A stretch of DNA of 64,000 nucleotides from Cenococcum geophilum. Lineage: Eukaryota. This document shows, piece by piece, positions 13,224 through 24,643 of this stretch; the first letter of the stretch is position 1, and each line of letters starts with the position of its first letter. The stretch lies in the NCBI GenBank assembly GCA_050273025.1, contig CP158635.1:1426001-1490000 (forward strand). Reading direction: 5' to 3'. Below the pieces are notes generated by a model. It was given only the letters and a program-made list of their open reading frames with translations. It had not been told where the DNA came from and made no database searches. A program made the position numbers and the translations under genes.

Positions 13224-16200
13224 CCCTTTGTGTGGCAAGTTTTCTTGCACTTTTCGTATATGCACGCCTTATAAGCCAATCTAGAGGCTCTATACCGTCT
13301 AGAGCTTAGTGTTGAAGCCTCTGGTTAATGCGGTTGCTTAGCAGCAGGGGTGCTGGCGCTTCATTGACGTCTTTAACGCTTGAATATTGCGGTAAATAGT
13401 AGCGACGTGGCTAGGAAGCTTATATGATATTTGGTGTAGTTAATTGAAAAGCTCCAATATTATTTGCCGTCTATTTAGCCCTTAAATTGTTAGTAAAATA
13501 TTGTCCTTATGCCACTTAGAAACGTTATACGTCTTTAGCTTTAAAGCCTTTAAGGCCTCTAAAGCCTCTAAAGGCACCTTATGCCTAGGAGTCCTATTTA
13601 TAATCCTTCTAAGCGATGCAGTATACACATAATAACTTATTAGTAGTAGTTATATAGCCTTTAGAGGCTTTAGCAGCTATATAGTAGGCGGCGGTGCTAA
13701 GTAAGGATATTATGGAGGCTTAGCTAAGCAGCTAAATAGAAAATATTAAGGATAAATTACGAGCCGTTTTTAAGCCCCGTGGCGAGACTGCTAAGGATAA
13801 GGTAGATAAGGTAGATAAGACTAAACTACTAGAGCTGTTAGCTGAAGAAGTTATAAGAATAGGCCTTCCTACTGTTCCTACTTTATAGGAGCCTATAGCC
13901 GCTATTCCTAAACTAGATCTTAAGGTTATTAACCTTCTAGATAAGTTAATATTCGCCGCTTAGCGTGTGTGACGGCTCGAACCATCGAACAAATGTCTCG
14001 ACAGAGACTTGAACGAATGCTTGCAAGATCAAGCGAACGAATGCTGTATTACGAAGATATTAAGCTAAGGAGCAAGAGAAGGTGGTGAGGCCACGTCTAT
14101 ATACACACGCCAAGTCTTAAGCGAACCCCTGACTAGGTGACGCGCTCCAGCGCCGTCACAGCGTGCTAGTGAGCCTATTAGCGGTATTAACGCGGATATT
14201 AAATTTAATAACCTTCCTGATTAAAATGAGGATAGTAAGCGCTCTACTTACTATATACTAGCAAATTAAATTAGTATAGCGTCTAGTGGGTGTAAATCTA
14301 AATAGGACCTGCTAATTTAAGTATTTTTACTATTCTTTAGTATTAGTATATTTAAGAAGCTCGCGATTAATATAAACCTATATACAGCCTCTTAGAATAC
14401 TAGCGGATATTACTAATTAGGATAATATGCGGGTAAATAATTACGGATATAGAAGGAGACCTCTACTAGTAAATTAATAATTTAGGTAGGGCTTATTATC
14501 TATATAGGCGTCTTTAAAGGCACTTAGGTTTAAGATCTTTAGGCTATAGATCCTAAATATCCTAGATACTTAATTAGCTTATTTATAGGCTAAAAAAGAT
14601 AGGAGTAACTTAAGCGCTTTTTTTATATCTTATTACCTCCACCAGAGGGCGTTAAACGTTAAGTCTTTAAGAAAATTAAGCTATTAATAACTCCTTTAAG
14701 CGAGGCGTTAGAAAGTACGTTATACCTAAATCTATAGTTAGCTTTAATAAGATAATAGTAAGGTTTACTAGATAATTTATAGCTATAATTAAATTGCCTA
14801 GTAAGCTAGTATTTAAGGGCTTTAAGATAATAAGCCTTTATTAATATAGATATTACTATAGCTTTATATTTACCTTACCTAGCTACTTTTTTAGGCTTCC
14901 TCCTTAAACAGATTATTAAGATATTATTCTCTTAAATACCTCTAAATGCGTCCTCTACCTTACCTAATAACTTCCTCTTTAGGCTCGTCGATTTTACCTA
15001 TTTTTAGACAACTACTTTATAAATATTCTGTTGCTCTAGGTGCTTTAATAACTTAGAATTGCTATAGCTAGCATAGTTTAATTAAACTTAAAGGACTATC
15101 TAAAGGTGTATAAAAGGGCTAATAAAAGGAAGGAAAGGCTACCGTTTAACTTTATTATAGGAGTAGTTATTAACGTAGTTAATTCAGTGCTTTTAATTGT
15201 ATAGCAGAATAAGAATTTAGTACGGTTTTTAATAATAGTTTACTTATATAGCAATAAGGATATTAATAAAGTTAATTAGCATTAACCGTAAGTATATAAA
15301 TTCTTCCTTAAGAAGCTAGTAGCTAATATTTAGGGTAATAATCTAATTAAGAAGTTAACGCTTCCTAGGCTTTCTATTGACTACAATAACTAAATAGGCG
15401 GCGTTAATATCCACAATTAACTTTAAAGCTACTATGCTACCTAAATCACCACTATATACATCTAGATACCCTTATTCTTCTAGGCGCTTAATATAGCTAT
15501 AATTAACGCCTATATTATTAGCAAGAAGATCTTCTAGATATTAAGTAAGCCCTTCCTTTAAACTTACCGCTGCTTCTATATACAATTAGTATAGAACCTC
15601 ATTATTATAGGTAGATAGTAGATAGGCATAAATAAGCGAGATACTAAGCGCCTTCTTTATTTAAACTCCTTACTAAAATATAGGTAATATCAACCTGGTA
15701 TTAGGCCTAGTTATAGAAATATTAGAATAAATTAAAAGACTACCTACGTTACTGCCAAAACCCCACTACCTGCGATTTAACGGTGTAAAACGCGAACTTA
15801 TTACTGTATTAAAGGCTTTATAAAGAAGCATAGCTATAAGGGCTCACTAAGATGCTAAATATATAGATAGAAGGAGGTAAAGAAGCTTATAGCGAAGATA
15901 AGGCAAATAGTATATAAATGCGAGGTTTATAGGCTTCCTCTATACCTTTAGTACTTTAACAACTTTCACTTAGCAGGCAATAATTAGGTAACTATTTTTA
16001 ATTCTCTACTTCCTTAAGCCTCTAATATTAAGACTCTAAAGCTAATTAAGCCTTTACCGCAGCGTCTTTTTTAGCCTCCTTTAAGCCCTCCTCTACCGCC
16101 TCTAGTCGGGCCTCTATACTAAACAATCGCTAGTTAAACCGTTTAACTACCTATAATACCTAACCCATCTTATTTAATATATATAACACGTCTTTCCTTA

Positions 16201-16528
16201 TAACCTTAAGCTGTTCCTCTACTAGCTTATCTTTATTAACGTTAAGAACGCGTATAAAGTATATAGGCAGTAACACTTTAGGGGAGGACTCTAATAGAGG
16301 ATTTTCCTATATAATTAGTAGCTAGTTAATGGAGGAAAGGTAGAAACGTACAACCGTGACGTTATATATTATAACTTTTTACTTAACTTCCTCAAAAATA
16401 ATATATATTAGGTGTTTTGGTGGGGCTTGCTAATAAAATCGCGCTAGCTAGGGTGCCTGCAGTATGCTAACCTAAGTAAAAGCGCCAAAAGCGCCTAATA
16501 CGAAAAGTGACTTCTGCCAGACGAAGGG
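13224..16528 (+). mobile_element. piggyBac-family DNA transposon, RIP-degraded
   Basis: Transposase motifs FLLFFS..LAIN(T)NLY, (W)KETS..LII(W)VGLIIY(M)G, VAF(DEM)IVRFT, FLDNYF, DYNNx(M)GGV(D)I over ~13500-15980; imperfect TIR ccctttgtgtggca..cacttttcgta / tacgaaaagtg..tgccagacgaaggg; both flanks are AT. Confidence 0.88.
13968..14160. mobile_element. Solo LTR (193 bp) inside the piggyBac transposase
   Basis: Termini tgtgacggc...gccgtcaca; exact 5-bp TSD GCGTG (13963-67, 14161-65); little RIP. Confidence 0.93.
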
Positions 16529-16640
16529 ATAAGAGCTACGTCTCCTTTTAGGGTACGTTAATATCGGCTTTACGGCTCTTCCCTTTTAAGGGCTAGCTTG
16601 CAACCTCCTTAATAAAGAAAAGAAGTAGCTTATCCTCTAT

Positions 16641-16944
16641 CCCTTAACCCGTTAACTTGGGCACGCAGGTTATCGATAAGAGCCCACCAATCAAATCAGT
16701 GGGATTCGGTAGCCGTGCTTAGGAATACACAATTCGGAGAGTGGCTAAGGCTTCGGGGGGGGGGGGTTTTCGCCGTTTTATTTGGGGGAATCTTACATTG
16801 AGTCTTCCGAACAAGATCTGCATTAAGTCTAGCGTGATTAGAAGGCATGGTGGTGGTGTATTTGATGGTTGAATTCTACGCGTTGTTCTGATTCTGGTGT
16901 TCGCGCACGGGCCTTCCCCTCTGCTCGCCCTAACGGGTCAAGGG
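16641..16944. mobile_element. Non-autonomous 304-bp TIR element with CCC..GGG termini
   Basis: 14-bp TIR cccttRacccgtta; AT on both flanks; removal with one AT restores Crypton codons acc gtt ata gag gat. Confidence 0.85.
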
Positions 16945-17824
16945 ATAACGGTATTACTATTATAGTACTGCTTCTATTTATAGAAGGCCTAGGGCTAAAT
17001 AACGCGTTAATTATAGGCCGTAATACTTTTAGAAGAGGGGGGGTATTACCTTAAACTCCTTCTGCTTTAGATCGTACGTTAAAGACATATTCTTAGGCCT
17101 TACGGCACGCATAAGGGCAAGGACATACTGCGCGTTAGCGCATAATTCGGCATTATTAGCGATATTAATCTCTACGCGGTTAGTCAGCGCCATCTTATAT
17201 AGTAGGTATAATAGTAGACATACTGCCGCGATTAAGGATTAGGTAGGGAGGACTTTTTTATATACACTTGGGGCCCTAATGCCCCTAATTACCCTACGGT
17301 CGGGGTCGATTAGCGGCTCGATCAGCGGGTGGCCCTGGATACGCGAATCTCCTCAGCTTGGCGCTGGTGGCGCTGTGGAGATCCTCGAATCTGACCCAGG
17401 TGGCTGGCTGAACACGTGATTTTTCGGCTGACCGACGATCAGCCGGGCCTCTCATACTTATCTCAGTTGACTCAGACCCTGGAGAGAAAATCCACCTGCA
17501 AACTCCTGAGCCAATTAGCGGCCGGCACCGCCACACCTAAGCCAATTAGCGACTGGCGCCGCAGCTCATGTACGCCGCAGGCGTTAGTGCTTGCGCTAGC
17601 TTTAGCAGCCAATTACAGAGCGCCGAGGTGGATTCCTCACCGAGGGTCTGAGAGATTATGGGCGCCTTTTGTAAAGGCTGTACAGCCTCGCTAGTAGAAA
17701 ACAGTTCTATCGCCTTTAACGTTGTATATCGCCCCCTAATATAGCGCTGCTTAGCTCGCCAATACCTCTATTCAAAAGCTCATCTCTTACTCTATATATT
17801 GCATCCGCGATAGAGCCCGGCCGT

Positions 17825-18530
17825 CCCCCTAATACCCCTACAAACGTCCCTACAAACGTCTACGAACGCCTGCACGAACGCCTGCACGAACGCCTGCACG
17901 AACGCCTGCACGAACGCCTATACAAAGCTCTGCTCTGCTCGGCTCGAAGCTCTGCTCGGCTCGAAGCTCTGCTCGAAGCTCTGCACAAGGCTCTGCACGA
18001 GGCTCTACTCAAAGCTCTATCGAAGCTCTGCTCGAAGCTCTGCACGACGCTCTGCTCGAGGCTCTACTCAAGGCTCTGCACGGAGCTCTGCTCAAAAGCT
18101 CTGCTTAAAAGCTCTACGCGAGGCTCTGCTCAAAGCTACTCGAAGCTTAGTACGGAGCTCCAAAGCTCTCCTAATATGCAGCACTAATATACTACGAGGA
18201 AGGCTCTATAATCGTCTACACAAACGGCTCTATAAACGTCTATACGATCAATCAACCAAACGCCCGTACGAACGGCTTTATGAACGTCCATACAGTTAAT
18301 TAATCACACGAACGCCCGTACGAATGTCTGCACGTCTGCACGTCTGCACGTCTGCACGTCTGCAATCTATACGTCTACACGTCTGCGATCTACACGTCTA
18401 CACGTCTACAATCTACACGTCTGCACGCCTGCACAAGGCTCTGCACAAGGCTCTGCACGAAGCTCCGCACGAAGCTCTGCACGGAGCTCTACTAAAGCCC
18501 TACACGAGGCTCTGCCCAAAGCTTACCCTG
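17825..18530. repeat. Minisatellite arrays (12-bp gcacgaacgcct, 12-bp cgaagctctgcw, 8-bp cacgtctg)
   Basis: Direct reading of tandem units; the cgaagctctgc array is the reverse complement of the RIP-converted array at 35790-36260. Confidence 0.85.
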
Positions 18531-19116
18531 CTACGAAGCAGCCCCCGCAGCACGACGGAGGGATAGGATTTGCAAAGCAAATCTATACCTACTAGTTTAA
18601 CTAGGTGAGCTGGTTATTATAGGATAGAAGAGGCACCTCTGTAAATTTAGAAGGAAATAGAGTAGTAGTGGTAGAGTACGGCCGTTGTTTCGATGCAGCT
18701 GGCAAAAAAAACCAGTTTCAAAAACATATCTTTAAACTTTAAGGCTGTATATCGCCCCCTAATACAGTAGTTAGCTAATTATAATTATTATAATTAAATA
18801 AAAGAAGAGATTTTAATTTAAATGCATCGCGTACTAAGACTATAACTGGTATATTTACGCTGCTAGAGTTGCTTAAAGTTGGCATACGTTAAGAATCGCG
18901 CCCGGTTTACAGCAAACGCGCGCCTATAATCTCTCAGACGCTTCGCAGAGGAATTTTGGGGCTACAGGGGGGCTAGGAGGTAGCGCGACGTTCTATTGGC
19001 TCAGGAGTTCGCAGGAGTTAGTGCGCGCCGCTAATTGGGCAGAGTGGGGCAGTGGCAAGAGAGTGGGACTATGCAACGCCACAAATTCCTCGGAGAAGCG
19101 GCTGAGGCACCTGAGA

Positions 19117-22100
19117 GTGGTTACAAGTCGGCTAGACCACGCTAAAAGGTCGGCCTACCATAAGCGCTAATGCACAATCCCTGTACGGGGCAGCCCCAGC
19201 TCAAAATACTAAGTCGTATGGTGAGCCCAAATCGCTTATTCTACCACACAACTTACCTCCTAATTAAAATTAATTATTATAAGTAACTAGTTATAACATA
19301 TTTAGAACGTATTTAGAACGTATTTAGAACGTATTTAGAATATATTTAGAATATATTTAGAATATATTTAATATATATTCTAATTTAAATAATTTTTTTA
19401 AGCCTATAAAATAGTATCTTAGAGTTAAATATAGCTATAAAATTTAATTAAGTTTCTAATATATATAATCTAAAGTTCTTTTATTATATTTATAACTAAG
19501 AATTATTTAAACTCTTTAGGTACTAAATAAAAGTTATATTTATTATATTTATTTAAAAAGTATATATAAATAAGTTTATAATATTTAAATATAATATAAA
19601 CTAGCTAAATATATATTCCTAAGCTAATAATATTAGTTCTTTAAATATAAAGGGCAAAAAATAATTTTTTTTAAAAATCCTTAAATTTTTTAATTTTTTT
19701 TTAAAAGATATAAGATCTAATATAAAGTAAGTAAATAGTATAGTTTAAGTCAGCTAGACTATACTAAAAGGTTGGCCTACTATAAGCGCTAATATATAAT
19801 CCCTATATAGGGTAGCCTTAACTTAAAATATAAAGTTATATAGTTAACTAAGCCTAAATCGCTTATCCTACTATATAACTTACCTCTTAATTAAAATTAA
19901 TTATTATAAATAACTAGCTAGAATATGTTTAGAATATGTTTAGAATATATTTAGAACATATTTAGAACATATTTAGAACATATTTAGAATATATTTAGAA
20001 TATATTTACTATATATTCTAATTTAAAATACTTCCTTTTAGTAATAATTAAAATTAAAAATTTTAAGCTATAAAATAGTATATTAGAGTTAAATATAGCT
20101 ATAAAAGTAAATTAAGTTCCTAATATATTTTAATCTAATTTAAAATATATTCTAATTTAGTTCTAATCTAGTTCTAATCTAGTTCTAATCTAGTTCTAAT
20201 TTAGTTTTAAATATATTCTAATCTATTTTTAAATATATATAATTTAAAGTTCCTTTTATTATATTTATAATTAAGAATTATTTAAGCTCTTTAGGTACTA
20301 AATAAAAGTTATATTTATTATATTAATTTAATAAGTATAAATATATATTTTTAAGCTAATAATATTAATTCTTTTAAATATAAAGGGTAAAAATATTATA
20401 AATACCCTTAGAATTTATAATAGTTTTTATAAAATATAAGATCTAATATAAAGAGAGTAAATAGCTTTTAATAAAAGTAAAATAGTTTTAATATATATTA
20501 TTATTATTAAAAGTAATAAAAGCTAGTATATAATAATAAGTATATAAAATATGAAATATATTTATATTTAAGCCTTATTTAAAATCGAGATCCGACCTAT
20601 ACTGTCCTATGGGGGTTCCTTTCCGTCTTATCTTGACCGTACGGTCGAGCTGAGAGTGAGGATCTCGTCTGCTACTGATGCAGCGGCGTTACGTCGTGGC
20701 TAGAGGGCGCTTTCGAATGCGTCGTCCTTGACGCCGTCAGAGCAGCAGAGTTTTCGCGGGTCTTGGCGCTCGTTAACAACAATATAAGGCAATTTATCAA
20801 GAACAGAGGAATGGTCTTAAAAACTACCCAATATCTCTTTACCTAGGCACCGACCTAGGGCCATAAGCCAGCGCTTGCATTTGCTAGTGGAAGCGATCGG
20901 AATCTATAGGGACGATAGGGCACCTCTGTACTTGTTCCGCTCTAAGACTGCAGAGCAGCGAGGGCATAGGAAAAATCTCAACACCATCAACCACATTTAG
21001 CGACGTTAATCCTCCTGTTCTGAGGCGACGTTAATCCTCCTATTCTAGGGCGACGTTAATCCTCCCTTCTTGCAAGAGCTAGGGGCCTATAGGTGGCAGG
21101 CTGGAACGGACTAATGGGATAGGCTGGAACGGACTTAAATGCAGGTGTTGGTTAAGATGGGAGGACAACAAGTTTGGTTAGTAGGCGACTAAGGGACGGT
21201 AGCTGCGCGGCGTCGAGTTATTATGGGCCCACGCCTGCAAGACACGGTCGGCCTGTCGACGTGAGAGCGTCACAGGTAACGCGAAGCAGCTGGCAACGGC
21301 TATAGGGCGTGGTATACAATAGCAGCGACAGACGACTCCAGGGATCTCACCCCTTTACTGGGCTCTGACCCCTAGTGGACCTGTCTTAGAGGAAGGATCA
21401 ACACCTTATTAACGACACTGTCTGTATAGCCCAAAAGGACGGATGCGCGTGTCGGTCTATTTAGGCAGGGGCAGGCTATAAGGATAGGCTTATGGAGCAA
21501 ATCAGGTGCACGCGGGTAGGAGCTGGCCTTGTCCACTAGCTGCTGCGTAACCGTGGCAAGGAACTGGGCAAGCAGTTTAGGCAAACTTGCTGTGTATAGT
21601 AACTCTCGTAGCACTACAATGCATATGTATTCTGGCCACAAACGACAACAATAAGAAGGCAAAGATCCTTATAGAAAGGTTCTTCCCCCAACCGGCTCCA
21701 GTAGACCTCAGTGATATTACGGGCGAAACACCGGTGACTTGCCTGCGGGTCGACAGCGACATGACAACAGAGGAAATGGCTAGAACCATTAGCCGCCTTT
21801 TAAATAATATAGCACTAGGACTAGATGGGATTCTAAATAAGGCCCTAAAAACCTATGGGCCACTTATAGCACCTTAGCTTGTAGATGTAGCTAGAGCATG
21901 CTTTGCTATAGGCTACTACCCGCGACTCGGAAGATCTATAACAACGGTTGTCCTACGAAAAGAAGGTAAAGCAGATTACTTAATCCCAGGAAGCTACCGC
22001 CCTATTGCCTTAGAAAACACCCTTAGTAAGATCTTAGAAAGGGTAATAGCGGAACGCATAGCAGATACGGTAGAAAAATACGCCCTACTACTATAAAGCT

Positions 22101-24592
22101 AAATAGGGGCAAGAAAGAACCGCTTAACACTATTAGCACTTACGCTACTCGCTACTACTATTAAATCTGTATGGGCGATATAAAAGGACTTTATAGTATT
22201 AATGCTTAGCCTAGACATTAGTGGTGCCTATAATAATATACCCCACGAGCGTCTCCTATATATCCTTAGGGTAAAGGGCTTCCTAGAATAGATTATATAA
22301 TTTGTCTAAGGGTTTATAGGCTAGAAAGAAACATTACTAGTCTTTAGCGGATACCAGAGCCCCCCTATTGTAGTTGCAACAGGAATACCATAAAGATTAC
22401 CCCTCTCGCCTATACTCTTCCTTTTCTTTATAAGTAACCTACTTGACTTCTTTAAGGAAGGGGTAACCTAGGGGATAGGCTTTATTAATAATACAAACCT
22501 AATTATATACGGGCCAATAGCCGCAGAGAATTGCAGAACACTAGAGAAAGCCTATAATACTTATATAGAATAGGCAAAACGTTATAGAGTCTAATTCTTA
22601 CTAGAGAAATACTAGCTAATCTATTTTATAAGAAAACGTAACTAATCTGTAGATCTCTAGCATATAATTTATATCTAAGGCTTTAGGGGTTAACTAGTTT
22701 AGGGCCTAAGGGTATTAGGAGTATAGGTAGACAGTAAGCTCTATTGGAGCGTATATACGGCATAAGCGGCCTATAAAGGCTAAGTATAGTTTATTGCTTT
22801 ATCTAGGATTGTTAACTCTATATAGGGTCTATGCTTTTAGAGGTTACGCCTATTATATATAGCAGTTGTCCGGCTAACTATAATATATAGATCCAGTATT
22901 TAGGCCATTGGAGAAACTAAGAAGGGCCCCCCTAAATTACTTCTTAAACTACTTTAAAAGGTCTAGACAGCCTGCCTCTAGAGTATTATAGGCGGGTATA
23001 AGCAAACGGCTACAGTACTACTTAAGAAGAAATCTAATATTCCCCCCCTATAGTTATATATTAAAGCCGCTGTAATATAAAGGATATAAAATAAACGTAA
23101 CTCTAATATTATAAAGTACATTAAGACACGCCTAAGTAAACTATAGAGGGACCCTAGGGTGCCCCGTAGGAGAACAAACTAATAACCCTAAAGTAGGGAA
23201 GAGATATTAGAGAAATAGGTAAAGAAAATAGAAGAAAAATGGTGCCGCTTTAGGGCCTAGGCCTATATAGAGGAGGAAGGGAGATGTATAAAAGGTTAGT
23301 AAAAATAATAGTAAGATAGAGAAAGGAGCTAAAGTAAAATACGTAAGAATGCTAGGAAACTATCTACTATAATATAATACTGGTTGGACTAACACTAGAG
23401 AAGTAAATGGGAGTTAAAGGTATAGAGGCTGACTTAGGTAAAATGAACCTAAGCTATAGCATAGTTAACGCTATAGGGGGTAAATATCTAAGGGCTTTAA
23501 AAAGGCCTAATAAAGGTAGAAAATATAATAGTAATACTCTTAAGAATAGGAATAATAGGACTAAAAGATTGGCTTTACTGGGTGGGTATCCTAGTAGGTA
23601 GCCCGAGATGTGAATATGGCTAGCTAAGACAGACACTAAAATACGTAATACTGCTATGCCCCCTACGCACTAATTAAGAAATAATGCTCTTAGTAACTGG
23701 TATAGAGAACTATAATACACTGCTCTTAATATAAAAAGGCCTTAAGGCGGTTACCTAGTAGCTTATTAATTAAAATGTGTTAAATTAGTTCCGGGTTGTA
23801 AGGGAAATGGTAATAGAAGGTAAGGGGGCGAGCAGTAGGTGCCCCTTAGTAACTCTACAGTAGTAGAGTAATAGTTTATGATACTAGCGCGTCCGTAGGC
23901 TTGTTACGGCAGTAGTGGTTCCTAAGGAGGTTAAATAGTAAGGTAGTAGAGTACTATAGGCAACTTATAGGCGTTAAGTAGGCGAGTTCTAAAAGGCGGG
24001 GAGATAGATTACGGGGTTTTCTTATTTTTCTTAAATAGAGTTTTCTCCCTATATGTAAATAAGGAGTAGTCCGCGTGGGCCTAATAGGGATCCAAATTGG
24101 ACGTTAAGCAATGAATTATTATTATTATTATTATATATATAGATATATAGTTTTTAGTTATAATAAAGTAGGTTAAATTACTAAAATTATATTTAATAAT
24201 AATTCTTAATATATTTTAATTATATATAGCTAAAATAGGTTTACAACTAGTTATAAATATATTCTAAACGTATTAGAAACATGTTTTAAATATATTAGAA
24301 AAAACTTATTATTTACCTTTATAGGATTTTGTTTTAGTTTAAATAGGCTTTATAAATAGCTTAAACTATTAAAATTACTATAAAATAAACTATAAATAGC
24401 TTATATAGCTCTTTAAGGTAATAATTATTATATAAAAAATATTTTTATAATAGATTTAAGATAGATATATAAGAAAAGATAGGGTGGATGGTAGGGTCAG
24501 GTTGGGAGGGGAAGGGTGGGGTTTGGTGTGGCGGGCGGAGGTTTCGCCTATCGGGCCGACCTTTTAGCGTGGTCTGGCCGACCTGTACGCAC
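19117..24592. mobile_element. Non-autonomous Mutator/MULE-like element carrying a LINE
   Basis: TIR gtggttacaagtcggctagaccacgctaaaaggtcggcc vs reverse complement of the right end gtgcgtacaggtcggccagaccacgctaaaaggtcggcc; exact 10-bp TSD GCACCTGAGA (19107-16, 24593-602); very AT-rich interior with the left ~620 bp tandemly duplicated (19127 and 19749). Confidence 0.85.
20585..24133 (+). mobile_element. Tad-like LINE, internally deleted and RIP-degraded
   Basis: ORF2 RT from ~21635: KAKIL..FFP, GLDGILN, LRKEGKADY..PGSYRPIALENTLSKILE, LDISGAY, GIP(Q)..PLSPILFLFFI, FI(DD)T; (TTA)n tail at ~24116-24133; no endonuclease seen. 5' boundary approximate. Confidence 0.85.
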
Positions 24593-24643
24593 GCACCTGA
24601 GATAATCTCATACCAACAACTATCTCTCCTGGCACACTGGATA

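Larger units (their letters stand above)
8062..17193 (-). pseudogene. Crypton-type tyrosine recombinase (Ndc10-like), RIP-degraded, in four pieces: 17193-16945, 16640-16529, 13223-13147, 8930-8062
   Basis: Pieces read RPKNxSLTYDxKQKEF / TVxEDKLLLFFI(E)EVA / SYITALTDLY..KA..NSH / GRDTLL..FRTL..LLG(H)YMLT(R)GGD..GKQN..KKT(H)I(G)RSA..YLNSLP, recognisable Crypton YR motifs. Removing each insertion plus one TSD copy restores the frame. C-terminus cut by the Gypsy B LTR. Confidence 0.85.

Noticed and set aside
17825..18530. CRISPR-like array
   Set aside because: Contiguous tandem units without unique spacers, in a fungal genome with no cas genes.
19124..24585. Tc1/mariner reading of the element upstream of HET (TA-flanked CA..TG ends)
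   Set aside because: The inverted match extends further out to GTG/CAC and is bounded by an exact 10-bp direct repeat, which fits a MULE-like element better.
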